40,741 nucleotides of DNA, taken from a virus (lineage: Duplodnaviria; Heunggongvirae; Uroviricota; Caudoviricetes). The DNA is taken from the IMG/VR virus record IMGVR_UViG_2711768062_000003, positions 1-40,741 of that record, one strand, 5' to 3'. Below the pieces are notes generated by a model. The model saw only the letters and a list, made by a program, of their open reading frames with translations. It had not been told where the DNA came from and did no database searches. Positions 9,008-17,237 of this stretch are shown in pieces (positions within the stretch are counted from its first letter, which is position 1; each line of letters begins with the position of its first letter). Both the position numbers and the translations under genes were made by a program.

Positions 9008-9078
9008 ATTCTAAACTAAAAGTTTATCGCCTCAACATTCATAATGTTGACTTGAACATAAACATAATGTTTAATTTG
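9008..9078. promoter_or_regulatory. Immunity switch region: divergent PRM-like and PR-like promoters with palindromic operators
   Basis: Palindromes AACATTcatAATGTT (9034-9048) and AAACATaATGTTT (9060-9072); PR candidate -35 TTGACT (9047-9052) / -10 TTTAAT (9070-9075); PRM candidate on minus strand -35 TTGAGG / -10 TAGAAT 8 nt before the repressor ATG. Confidence 0.55.
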
Positions 9079-9102
9079 GTTCGTTATTACTTGGAGCCAA
9101 AT

Positions 9103-9336
9103 ATGAAAGCACTTGATAAAGCAATATGCATCGTAGGGGGTGCAACCCGTTTAGCAGAAAAGCTCAATGTATCCCCAATGACGGTCAGTCACTGGCGTCA
9201 CCGTGACAATGGATTCGTACCGGCTAACCGTGTCATTCCTATTTTCAATGCTACAGGTGTAACTCCACATGAGTTACGCCCTGATTTGTACCTCAACCCT
9301 ACGGATGGATTACCGGCTCAGGAAGCGAGGGCATAA
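9103..9336 (+). CDS. Cro-like regulator (YdaS/Cro family HTH)
   Basis: 77 aa, MKALDKAICIVGGATRLAEKLNVSPMTVSHWR pattern; GGAG SD; the ORF track shows a longer frame but this ATG has the SD. Confidence 0.7.
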   Translation: MKALDKAICIVGGATRLAEKLNVSPMTVSHWRHRDNGFVPANRVIPIFNATGVTPHELRPDLYLNPTDGLPAQEARA

Positions 9337-9338
9337 CC

Positions 9339-9878
9339 ATGCAGTCACTATCACTTCATCAAAATAGCGGATATCAAACGGCTGCGATGATAAATCGCAA
9401 TCAACCTGTCTCGGTAGATAAACATGACCAGATCCGCGATGCCGTTCGTGCGTGGGCGGGTGTAGATGGTCAGGATGTCGTTTCTGCTCTGATCATCGAA
9501 GAGTACCAGGCTCAAGGGGGAGACGAGATCACTTTCCCTGATGACCTCAGCCGACAGCGTCAGAAGCTTTTCCGCTTTCTGGATAACCATTTCAACAGCG
9601 AACGGTACCGCGAAAACGTTCGCCAGCTGACTCCGGCAATCCTCGCTGTCCTGCCGATTGAATACCGCAATCGTCTGCTACCAGAAGACAACGTAATGGC
9701 TCGTCTGGCAAGGCTGGAGAAGGAAACCAGCGAAGCGAAGATTGCTGTCGCAATGGATGCGCCACGTCATCAGAAGCTGAAAGAGTTGAGCGAGGGGATC
9801 GTGGAGATGTATCGCGTTGACCCTGGGTTAACCGGTCCGTTGATGGAAATGGTGCAGATTATGCTGGGGGCTATATGA
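9339..9878 (+). CDS. YdaT-like / CII-like early regulatory protein
   Basis: 179-aa ORF directly after cro-like gene as in Rac ydaS-ydaT; family assignment from recalled pattern only. Confidence 0.5.
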   Translation: MQSLSLHQNSGYQTAAMINRNQPVSVDKHDQIRDAVRAWAGVDGQDVVSALIIEEYQAQGGDEITFPDDLSRQRQKLFRFLDNHFNSERYRENVRQLTPAILAVLPIEYRNRLLPEDNVMARLARLEKETSEAKIAVAMDAPRHQKLKELSEGIVEMYRVDPGLTGPLMEMVQIMLGAI

Positions 9879-9962
9879 CCGGTTCAAAAATGGCGAAAGC
9901 CGCGGTGCTCGAACACCAACGGCTTTCAGGTGCAAAAACAGTGCGTAATTGCGGAGAACAGT

Positions 9963-10871
9963 ATGTCAAACACCGCTGAAATAATCAATTTCCCAAATAA
10001 AACCGAACAACCGGGAGGTCGTATGGCCGACCTGTCGAACGGGTATACCAAGGTCGCTAACGAGATCCAACAGCTTAAGCCTCGCCTGAGACTGTCAGGC
10101 CGGGAATGGCAATGTTTTGAGGCGGTGATCTGGCTTACCTACGGCTGGAACAAGAAACAGGACCGCGTGACAAATACGGTTATTGCCGAGCTTACGGGCC
10201 TGAGCGATACGCATGTATCGGACGCGCTTAAGTCTCTCGCAGAACGCAAAATCATCTTTTCACAGAAGCAGGGCATGATGAAAATCGTCGGTGTAAACAC
10301 TGACCTTTCAGCATGGATTTTAGACAAACCGGAAACGGGAAGAAAATTCCCGAAAACGGGAAAATCCTTCCCGAAATCAGGAATAACCTTCCCGAAAACG
10401 GTAGACACCCAATACAAGAACAAGAACAGTATTAAAAGATCTTCGTCCGAGAATTCTGACGAATCCTCTGACGCACGTCTGAAGAAATTTTTATCAACTC
10501 ATCCTGAAGCTGCGGTCTACACACCATCCGGTGCGAAGTGGGGCTCTGCTGAAGACCTCGAGACAGCTAAGTGGATTTCCTCCAGGGTGAAGCTGATTAA
10601 CCCAACCTGCAAAGCCCCGGACATGACCTCCTGGTCTAACACTGTTCGCCTGATGCGCCAGATAGACGACCGGTCGCACCAGGACATCTGCGCGCTGTAT
10701 GACTGGGCTAGCAAACACCACTTCTGGCAGACCAACATCCTGAGTCCCGAAAGCCTGCGTAAGCAGTGGGACAAGCTGACAATGCAGCGTAACGCCGGAG
10801 GTGAGCAGCGCGCTGTCAAGCCAGATCTGGACTTCAACAACACTGACTGGGCCTATGGGGTGATCCGATGA
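9963..10871 (+). CDS. Replication initiator (lambda O-like replisome organiser)
   Basis: N-terminal motif LSGREWQCFEAVIWLTYGW ... VIAELTGLSDTHVSDALKSL typical of phage replication O N-domain; iterons inside gene; ATGA overlap with P; alternative GTG start at 9930. Confidence 0.75.
   Translation: MSNTAEIINFPNKTEQPGGRMADLSNGYTKVANEIQQLKPRLRLSGREWQCFEAVIWLTYGWNKKQDRVTNTVIAELTGLSDTHVSDALKSLAERKIIFSQKQGMMKIVGVNTDLSAWILDKPETGRKFPKTGKSFPKSGITFPKTVDTQYKNKNSIKRSSSENSDESSDARLKKFLSTHPEAAVYTPSGAKWGSAEDLETAKWISSRVKLINPTCKAPDMTSWSNTVRLMRQIDDRSHQDICALYDWASKHHFWQTNILSPESLRKQWDKLTMQRNAGGEQRAVKPDLDFNNTDWAYGVIR
10328..10402. repeat. Iteron array (candidate phage origin of replication) inside the O-like gene
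   Basis: Four direct copies of (T)TCCCGAAA(A/T)C(G/A)GG at about 20-bp spacing (10329, 10347, 10367, 10388), encoding the repetitive peptide FPKTGKSFPKSGITFPKT. Confidence 0.5.
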
Positions 10872-11557
10872 AATCTCTTGCAGAGCAGATGCGTAACCAC
10901 GACCGCGAGCAGATGAGCCGCATGGCCCATAACCTGCCAGAGCAGTACCAGGAGTGCGCGCCGGTCGAGCAGGTGGCGCAGGTATTCAACAAGCTGTTCA
11001 ACGAGCTGCGCGCCGCGTTCCCGGCCAGCATGGCGAACTTCCGCACCCAGGAAGACCTGAACGAATTCCGCCGTCAGTGGCTGCTGGCGTTTCAGGAGAA
11101 CGGGATCCACACCATGGCTCAGGTCGATGCCGGCATGCGCATTGCCCGCCGCCAGGAGCGCCCATTCCTGCCGTCGCCGGGCCAGTTCGTCGCCTGGTGC
11201 AAGCAGAGCGGCGGCGCGCTGGGCGTCAACGTTGACCAGGTGATCGCCGAATACTGGGACTGGCGTAACAGCTCGTTCGAATTCATCTCCAGCGAGCAAT
11301 TTCCATGGTCGCAGCCGGTCATGTACCACATTTGCGTAGAATTGCGCCACCGCAGCACCGAGCGCCAGTTAACGCATGGTGAACTGGCACGCGAGGCAGG
11401 CGATCTGCTGGACATGTGGGAAAGGCGCGTCACCGAGGGTAAGCCAGTGCCGCCGGTACGCCGGGCTATTGCCGCACCAGCTGCCGAGCAAGGGCCGACG
11501 CCGATCCAGCTGCTGCTGGCCAAGTACAACCGCAACAAGTCGAACGGGATGGTGTGA
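10868..11557 (+). CDS. Replication protein P (DnaB helicase loader), lambda P homologue
   Basis: 229 aa; long collinear similarity to lambda P from memory (EQMRNHDREQM ... NLPEQY ... VAQ ... RRQWLLAFQENGI ... RRQERPFLPSPGQFVAWC). Confidence 0.85.
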   Translation: MKSLAEQMRNHDREQMSRMAHNLPEQYQECAPVEQVAQVFNKLFNELRAAFPASMANFRTQEDLNEFRRQWLLAFQENGIHTMAQVDAGMRIARRQERPFLPSPGQFVAWCKQSGGALGVNVDQVIAEYWDWRNSSFEFISSEQFPWSQPVMYHICVELRHRSTERQLTHGELAREAGDLLDMWERRVTEGKPVPPVRRAIAAPAAEQGPTPIQLLLAKYNRNKSNGMV

Positions 11558-11558
11558 C

Positions 11559-11797
11559 ATGAACATAACAATCCGTGAGCAGGTGCTGGCAGCCCTGCGC
11601 AACAACCCAGGGTTGAACAACGCCAAACTGGCAGGGCTTCCCGGAGTGGTACATCATCGATCAGGACTATCGGGGGCAGAAGTACGCGAAGGACAAGCAG
11701 GTTGCGCGTTGTGGCAACGCAGTTCCGCCGCCATTCGCCGAGGCACTGGTGAGGGCTAATTTACCGGAGCTTTGTCAGCAGAAAGAGATCGCAGCTT
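11559..11797 (+). pseudogene. Degraded remnant resembling the 3-prime end of a DNA methyltransferase gene (frameshifted)
   Basis: Frame 1 gives MNITIREQVLAALRNNPGL ..., a second frame gives WYIIDQDYRGQKYAKDKQVARCGNAVPPPFAEALVRANLPELCQQKEIAA (GNAV-PP motif); too short for an intact enzyme. Confidence 0.3.
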
Positions 11798-11898
11798 AAT
11801 GTCCGAGTTTCAGAACATGGTGTAACAAATCCTGCTACTTCAATGACGTAGATTCAAACCTGATATAATTAGGCTCTTCACAACACGAGGAGCCTAAA

Positions 11899-12135
11899 AT
11901 GCACCATTACATGATCCCTATCAACGGAACTGTTCACCTGATCAAGACTGACTCTCTAATCCCTGAAGGGACTGAGTATAGCTTTGAAGGAGAAAGTCTA
12001 ATCTGCGCTCATGCCACTTTTAAATCTGGGACGTATGGCTTCCTGATACCAAAGGGAAATCAGTTGAATAGAGAGCATGCGTTCTGGCATGTAAGTGGAA
12101 TTCACCCTAATCCCCTGGGAATGGATAAATCGTAA
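11899..12135 (+). CDS. Hypothetical protein (AT-rich moron)
   Basis: 78-aa ORF with GAGGAG SD; AT-rich segment between GC-rich flanks. Confidence 0.5.
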   Translation: MHHYMIPINGTVHLIKTDSLIPEGTEYSFEGESLICAHATFKSGTYGFLIPKGNQLNREHAFWHVSGIHPNPLGMDKS

Positions 12136-12143
12136 TCCATAAT

Positions 12144-12180
12144 ATGCATGCCATCGTCCTGAACATACGGTGGCATGCAT
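12144..12180. repeat. Perfect 10-bp inverted repeat ATGCATGCCA / TGGCATGCAT with 17-bp spacer
   Basis: Read directly; begins 9 nt after the stop of the 78-aa ORF; no T-run follows. Confidence 0.5.
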
Positions 12181-12404
12181 CCGGCACTACAACAGAAACG
12201 TTAAAGTGCAAACAATACAATTCGAGCAATATTCAACCTGTCACAGATGGCGAATACCACCGCCATTTCGTGCATTCTGTGGTTTCTATTACCCATTGCG
12301 TTAATGCTGTCCAATCATCAGCTCGCTGAGGCGCTGGTTAGGGCTAACCTACAGGAGCTTTGTCAGCAGAAACAAATAGCGGCGTAATAAAACATCGCTA
12401 ATTC

Positions 12405-12431
12405 AACCCGCTACGGCGGGTTTTCTTTTTT
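12405..12431 (+). terminator. Rho-independent terminator
   Basis: CCCGC-tacg-GCGGG followed by TTTTCTTTTTT. Confidence 0.7.
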
Positions 12432-12494
12432 TACTACTGACAGAAAATTAACAATTTGTGCTCTTAAAGCGTTGATCATTTCCGCGCATAGGTA

Positions 12495-12514
12495 TACTGT
12501 ATAAAAACACAGTA
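12495..12514. promoter_or_regulatory. LexA (SOS) box upstream of the dinI-like gene
   Basis: TACTGTATAAAAACACAGTA matches CTGT-N8-ACAG consensus; lies between candidate -35 TTGATC and the start codon. Confidence 0.7.
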
Positions 12515-12532
12515 AATGCAATGGGGGCCATT

Positions 12533-12766
12533 ATGAAAGTTGAATTAACCATTGATCGCATGAAAGAACTTCCTAAAGGCGCAGTACCAGCACTGGAGAA
12601 AGAACTGCTTAAGCGCCTGAATGATCACTATGACAATTGCAGGCTCACAATCCGCCGTGCCGGGGCCGATGGGTTAAGTGTTTTTGGTGGTGACAAGGAC
12701 GATAAAAAGAAAATTGAATCAATCCTCCAGGATACCTGGGAAAGCGCTGACGACTGGTTTTATTAG
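12533..12766 (+). CDS. dinI: DinI-family protein (SOS-induced RecA modulator homologue)
   Basis: 77 aa; MKVELTIDR ... LSVFGGDKDDKKKIESILQDTWESADDWFY closely matches the DinI family C-terminus (QETWESADDWF); LexA box upstream. Confidence 0.8.
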   Translation: MKVELTIDRMKELPKGAVPALEKELLKRLNDHYDNCRLTIRRAGADGLSVFGGDKDDKKKIESILQDTWESADDWFY

Positions 12767-12883
12767 AATTGCGCTTAAGGCTGGCGCGCATTTTTCAGAA
12801 TACCGCAATTTGCGTAACCCTCTGATGCTGCTGCCGACAATCTTTAATCGCGTCTGTTAGTCGCTCGAAGGGAGAACATAAAT

Positions 12884-13132
12884 GTGAGTGATTCAGCTTT
12901 GCAAACGTCAGAAGACAACTGGTATGACATTGTAAGAAGGTCTGACGGCTGCGTGGTGTTTAGCTTTCCTTCATCGGGCAGGCATCTAATTTATCGCGTC
13001 AATGGCATGGTTTCTATGCGGCCTTTGCTGGATGATGAAGAGGTCTTTACTCCTAATGGTTTTATGCAGTTTATTAACCGTCTCGGCTACCGGGTAACCC
13101 AACCTTCTGATAATATGAAATCAACGGTCTGA
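12884..13132 (+). CDS. Hypothetical protein
   Basis: 82-aa ORF with GTG start and GAAGGGAG SD. Confidence 0.45.
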   Translation: MSDSALQTSEDNWYDIVRRSDGCVVFSFPSSGRHLIYRVNGMVSMRPLLDDEEVFTPNGFMQFINRLGYRVTQPSDNMKSTV

Positions 13133-13166
13133 ACAACCGTAACCTACTGCGCCACGGAGAGAAACC

Positions 13167-13766
13167 ATGGCGCACGAACTACAACTCATCAAGCAGTCAT
13201 CAGGAATCCTGATCCCCGCGACGCCGGAGACCAGCGATATTCTGCAATCAAAAATCAAACTCGGCGCCGTGCTGGTAGCCGACTTCAAACAGGTCCGCAA
13301 TCCGGCTTTCCACCGCCGCTTCTTCGCGCTTTTAAACCTCGGGTTCGAATACTGGGAGCCAACCGGCGGGGCGATCTCTTCCAACGAACGCAAGCTGGTG
13401 ACCGGCTATGCCAGATTTCTGGCCTCCTACGGCGGGAACGAAGGGGCGCTGCTGGATGCCGCTGAGCAATATCTCGAGCGCATCGCTGATAAGCGCACGG
13501 GCAGCATCAGCGCCTGCAAGTCATTCGACGCCTACCGCGCCTGGGTAACCATCGAATCCGGCCACTACGACGCGATACAGCTGCCTGACGGCACCCTCCG
13601 CAAACACCCCCGCAGCATCGCCTTCGCCAATATGGACGAAACCGAGTTCCAGCAACTCTACAGGGCCGCACTCGATGTTCTGTGGCGTTGGATCCTGTCC
13701 AGGGCATTCAAGAGCCGTAGCGACGCGGATAATGCCGCTGCGCAGCTCATGAGCTTCGTGGGGTGA
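13167..13766 (+). CDS. Conserved lambdoid nin-region protein (DUF1367-like, function unknown)
   Basis: 199-aa ORF; GGAGAG SD; coding-like composition; family recalled but unverified. Confidence 0.65.
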   Translation: MAHELQLIKQSSGILIPATPETSDILQSKIKLGAVLVADFKQVRNPAFHRRFFALLNLGFEYWEPTGGAISSNERKLVTGYARFLASYGGNEGALLDAAEQYLERIADKRTGSISACKSFDAYRAWVTIESGHYDAIQLPDGTLRKHPRSIAFANMDETEFQQLYRAALDVLWRWILSRAFKSRSDADNAAAQLMSFVG

Positions 13767-13972
13767 TGCCGATGAAAGAAACATGGTTCCAGCACACCGA
13801 GTGCACCACGCAGCAGGCCGACGAGCTCATGGCGGAATACCGGCGCCGCGGCGTGAAGGTAGAGCGAAGCCTGAATCCCGATTACGTCACCTGGACCGTC
13901 AGCGCCCGGCTGCCGGAGGCGCACCGGCAGGAACGTACGCCGCGGTCACTCCGTCAGAAGGTCTGGGGGTGA
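13763..13972 (+). CDS. Hypothetical small protein
   Basis: 69-aa ORF; ATGA overlap with upstream stop. Confidence 0.45.
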   Translation: MMPMKETWFQHTECTTQQADELMAEYRRRGVKVERSLNPDYVTWTVSARLPEAHRQERTPRSLRQKVWG

Positions 13973-13974
13973 GC

Positions 13975-14265
13975 ATGGCGGATTTACGCAAAGCTGCGCG
14001 CGGTCGCGAATGTCAGGTTCGGATCCCCGGCGTGTGCAACGGCAACCCAGACACAAGCGTGCTGGCGCATATTCGCCTGGCCGGGCTGTGCGGTACCGGA
14101 ATTAAGCCGCCTGATCTGATTGCCACCATTGCATGCAGCAGCTGTCACGACGAAATCGACCGCCGCACTCGCCTGGTCGACGCGGATTATGCAAAGGAGT
14201 GCGCGCTGGAGGGCATGGCCCGCACGCAGGTTATCTGGCTGAAAGAGGGGAAGGTGAAAGCGTGA
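13975..14265 (+). CDS. Small Cys-rich phage protein (DUF1364-like)
   Basis: 96 aa ([23 protein letters not shown] ... CSSCHDEID); tightly packed between neighbours; GTG of rusA overlaps its stop. Confidence 0.5.
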   Translation: MADLRKAARGRECQVRIPGVCNGNPDTSVLAHIRLAGLCGTGIKPPDLIATIACSSCHDEIDRRTRLVDADYAKECALEGMARTQVIWLKEGKVKA

Positions 14266-14624
14266 GCGAGTACAAAATCACATTGCCGTGGCCACCGAGT
14301 AATAACCGCTATTACCGACACAATCGCGGGCGTACGCACATCAGCACGGAAGGGCAGGCTTACCGCGACCGCGTGGCCCAAATCATCAAAGACCAGCTGC
14401 TGGATATCGGCATCTCCGGCCCGGTGAAGATTCGCATCGAGTGCCATATGCCTGACCGCCGCCGCCGTGACCTGGACAACCTGCAGAAGGCCGCGTTCGA
14501 CGCGCTTACTAAGGCCGGATTCTGGCAGGACGATCAGCTGGTGGACGACTACCGCGTTATACGGATGCCCGTCGTCAGGGGCGGCAGGCTGGAGCTGACC
14601 ATCACCGAACTGGGGGACTTATGA
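14262..14624 (+). CDS. rusA: RusA Holliday-junction resolvase
   Basis: 120 aa; near-identity over the full length to E. coli RusA as recalled ([21 protein letters not shown] ... [32 protein letters not shown] ... [10 protein letters not shown]). Confidence 0.9.
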   Translation: MSEYKITLPWPPSNNRYYRHNRGRTHISTEGQAYRDRVAQIIKDQLLDIGISGPVKIRIECHMPDRRRRDLDNLQKAAFDALTKAGFWQDDQLVDDYRVIRMPVVRGGRLELTITELGDL

Positions 14625-14761
14625 CATCAGAACTGATTGAGGTAATCCGCATGCGCTGGACACGCCTCCGCATTTATCGCCGCCCGGGTTCGGTGCTGGT
14701 GGACTACCGCATTCTTCGCAATTTTATTCGCATTAACCAGTTGGCAGGAGCTGCTGCATGA
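14621..14761 (+). CDS. Possible 46-aa translationally coupled ORF between rusA and Q
   Basis: ATG overlaps rusA stop and its TGA overlaps Q start (ATGA junctions at both ends); basic, no homology known to me. Confidence 0.25.
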   Translation: MTSELIEVIRMRWTRLRIYRRPGSVLVDYRILRNFIRINQLAGAAA

Positions 14762-15588
14762 ACCTCGAAAACACCGTGAAATACCACTTCGCCAAATCGA
14801 CGCTGATTAGCGACTCTCCGCGCGCTACGGCCTCCGACTCGCTGACCGGAACGGACATCATGGCAGCCATGGGCATGACCCAGGAACGCGCCGCCATGGG
14901 CTACAGTGCCTTTCTCGGAAAGATGGGCATCAGCAACAACGATCGGGAGAGAGCGATCGAGCTGCTGGCCCAGTATGCGCTGACAAAATGCGATAGCGTG
15001 GCTGCCCTGCGCAAACTGGACGCTGGGGTTAAACCGCTGGTGATGCGCCAGCTTGCTACCTTCGCTTTTGAGGACTATTCCCGCAGCGCCGCCAGCGTCA
15101 AGAGGTGCGAATGTTGCGCAGGGCAGGGGTTCATTGAGGCTGACGTTTTTAGTATGAAAACCAGCATCTCTGGCTGCGCAAAAGACATCATTCAAAAATC
15201 AAAAAAATGGGGGCTGAAGGTTATCCCTTCGCAGCATCAGAATCGGCGTGAGGTGAAAGAGGTGGCCCGGGTGCTGTGCTCGGCCTGCAAAGGGAAGACG
15301 GTCGTCAGCTGCGCATGTAATGACTGCCAGGGGCGCGGAAAAGCTGTCAGCAAGACGCTGACAGAAAAGCAGGGCGCGCCGGTGATGGCCGACTGCAAGC
15401 GCTGCGGCGGGCGCGGGTATGAGCGGATCCCCTCGACTGAGGCATATGCGGCTGTTTGCCTTATTACCGACGCCATTACTCTGGACACCTGGAAAAAGTC
15501 AGTGAAGCCGTTTTACGACCGGCTGATCACCAAATTCGACATGGAAGAAGCGTGGGCCGAATCGCAACTGCGAGCAATAACTCGATAA
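14758..15588 (+). CDS. Late-gene antiterminator (Q-like, Cys-rich Zn-finger type)
   Basis: 276-aa ORF located immediately upstream of the late promoter region and lysis cassette; multiple CxxC pairs (CECCAGQG, CSACKGK, CNDCQGRG, CKRCGGRG). Confidence 0.6.
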   Translation: MNLENTVKYHFAKSTLISDSPRATASDSLTGTDIMAAMGMTQERAAMGYSAFLGKMGISNNDRERAIELLAQYALTKCDSVAALRKLDAGVKPLVMRQLATFAFEDYSRSAASVKRCECCAGQGFIEADVFSMKTSISGCAKDIIQKSKKWGLKVIPSQHQNRREVKEVARVLCSACKGKTVVSCACNDCQGRGKAVSKTLTEKQGAPVMADCKRCGGRGYERIPSTEAYAAVCLITDAITLDTWKKSVKPFYDRLITKFDMEEAWAESQLRAITR

Positions 15589-15625
15589 AGCACCAATTAA
15601 TCGCTGTCGATTTTATCGTGAGCTA

Positions 15626-15653
15626 TTTACTTTTCCCGAATCTGTGTTAATTT
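15626..15653 (+). promoter_or_regulatory. Candidate late promoter (PR-prime-like)
   Basis: TTTACT-16 bp-TAATTT with TGn extended -10, about 40 nt after Q stop, followed by a GC-rich hairpin at 15684-15713. Confidence 0.25.
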
Positions 15654-15968
15654 CTCTCCAACGATGGGTTACTGCCTTCGTTTAAAGCCCTGCGGTTAAC
15701 CCCGCGGGGCTTTGCCGTTTCTGGAGGGTATGAAAATGTAGAGTAGAACGGACACACCGTAGCCGAAAGGCAATGCAGCAGTCATGATGCTGCCCCGAGT
15801 CGCCATTGAGCGAGCCTGTGTAGTGACGGGTCAGGGTTCATAGATTAAAAATAGCTCCGGTAAAGCAGCGCGAAAGCCAGACGCGCACCGGTGATAAGCG
15901 GCGATGATGCGACAGCAGCTCAAGGGCATGAGCGTGGCCACTCCGGGAAGTGGCAAAGAATTTATAGA

Positions 15969-15997
15969 GGCTCGCATACGCGGGCCTTTTCTTTTTC
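15969..15997 (+). terminator. Candidate rho-independent terminator in the Q-S intergenic region (tR-prime-like)
   Basis: GGCTCGC-atac-GCGGGCC hairpin followed by TTTTCTTTTTC. Confidence 0.45.
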
Positions 15998-16096
15998 AGG
16001 CTCCGGGAAACCTCCTCAACAAGCCTTGTTGTTAATGCAGCCCGAGAGCCTGATCCCCATTACACATAGCACCCCGAAATAATCGGAGGTGAGAGC

Positions 16097-16312
16097 ATGT
16101 TACGCATGGAAAAACTAACCACTGGCATCGCCTATGGTGCATCAGCGACTAACGCTGGTTACTGGAGCCTGCAGTTGCTTGACCAGGTGTCACCATCGCA
16201 GTGGGCAGCCATTGGTGTGCTTGGCAGCCTGGTGTTCGGGCTGCTGACGTATCTGACAAACCTGTATTTCAAAATCAAAGAGGACCGGCGCAAAGCCGCC
16301 AGGGGGGAATAG
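16097..16312 (+). CDS. Class II holin (phage 21 S21-type pinholin) with dual start motif
   Basis: 71 aa; strongly resembles S21 (TGIAYG ... AGYW ... [18 protein letters not shown] ... [11 protein letters not shown] ... [10 protein letters not shown]); N-terminal MLRMEK gives two Met starts. Confidence 0.85.
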   Translation: MLRMEKLTTGIAYGASATNAGYWSLQLLDQVSPSQWAAIGVLGSLVFGLLTYLTNLYFKIKEDRRKAARGE

Positions 16313-16848
16313 TGGCTGACAGATCAAAGCTTAGCGCTGCGGTATTAGGTCTTATCCTCGCCGGTGCGTCAGCGCCCGTTATTCTCGATCAGTTCCTGAA
16401 TGAGAAGGAAGGCAACAGCCTGATTGCTTATCAGGACGGTGGCGGCGTCTGGACTATTTGCCGCGGCGCCACGCTGGTAGATGGTAAACCAGTTCGCCAG
16501 GGCATGAAGCTGACGCAGGCCAAATGTGACCAGGTGAATGCCGTTGAGCGAAATAAAGCGCTGGCCTGGGTTGAACGCAATATCAGGGTGCCGCTGACCG
16601 AACCGCAAAAGGCCGGAATAGCTTCTTTCTGCCCGTATAACATCGGGCCCGGTAAGTGCTTCCCCTCGACGTTCTATAAGCGCATCAATGCCGGTGACCG
16701 TAAAGGGGCATGCGAAGCGATCCGCTGGTGGATAAAAGATGGCGGCCGGGATTGCCGGCTAACCAAGGGGCAGAAGAACGGATGCTTCGGTCAGGTGGAA
16801 CGCCGCGACCAAGAAAGCGCGTTGGCATGCTGGGGGCTCGATAAATGA
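16312..16848 (+). CDS. SAR endolysin (lysozyme-like with N-terminal signal-anchor-release domain)
   Basis: GTG start overlapping holin stop; hydrophobic N-terminus LSAAVLGLILAGASAPVIL then E-x8-D-x5-T region (EGNSLIAYQDGGGVWTICRG) as in phage 21 / P1 Lyz endolysins. Confidence 0.85.
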   Translation: MADRSKLSAAVLGLILAGASAPVILDQFLNEKEGNSLIAYQDGGGVWTICRGATLVDGKPVRQGMKLTQAKCDQVNAVERNKALAWVERNIRVPLTEPQKAGIASFCPYNIGPGKCFPSTFYKRINAGDRKGACEAIRWWIKDGGRDCRLTKGQKNGCFGQVERRDQESALACWGLDK

Positions 16849-17237
16849 AAGCTCGTCACATCATTGCGATTGCCATATTCCTCCTTTGCCTGTTCGGCGG
16901 GGCGTGCTGGTCGGCATGGTATTACAGCGACAAAGCCAGTAGCGAAAAGGAGCGGGCCGATAGCGCAGAACAGCAGGCTGAGACCGCGAATGCTGTCACC
17001 GCGAACGTGATTCGGGCCGTGAGTATCATCAACGCCATTTCAGAGGCGAACCAGAATGCAAAGAACAAGATCGCACTGGAGTCACAGAGAGCCCAGGCAG
17101 ATATCAAAGTGGCTGTTGCGGATGATGATTGCGCTCGTCGGCCTGTGCCTGCTGCAGCTGCTAACCGGCTGCGGGAATACGCGGACAGTTTACGTGCAGG
17201 CGCCGGTGGTGCCCCTGCCGGCGAACCTGACAGCTGA
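16845..17237 (+). CDS. Rz-like inner-membrane spanin (i-spanin)
   Basis: 130 aa; N-terminal TM helix (IIAIAIFLLCLFGGACWSAWYY) then coiled-coil-like periplasmic domain; ATGA overlap with endolysin. Confidence 0.75.
   Translation: MKARHIIAIAIFLLCLFGGACWSAWYYSDKASSEKERADSAEQQAETANAVTANVIRAVSIINAISEANQNAKNKIALESQRAQADIKVAVADDDCARRPVPAAAANRLREYADSLRAGAGGAPAGEPDS

Noticed and set aside
10853-11657. Several overlapping ORFs on both strands (10853..11350 -, 10954..11235 +, 11119..11571 -, 11369..11626 -, 11466..11657 -) across the P gene
   Set aside because: Region is very GC-rich, so alternative frames lack stops; the P frame has clear lambda P similarity, the others have Arg/Pro/Ala-rich low-complexity translations.
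15891-16082. 63-aa ORF in the Q-S intergenic region
   Set aside because: No SD, Gly/Ser/His-rich translation; region better explained as late promoter/terminator leader.
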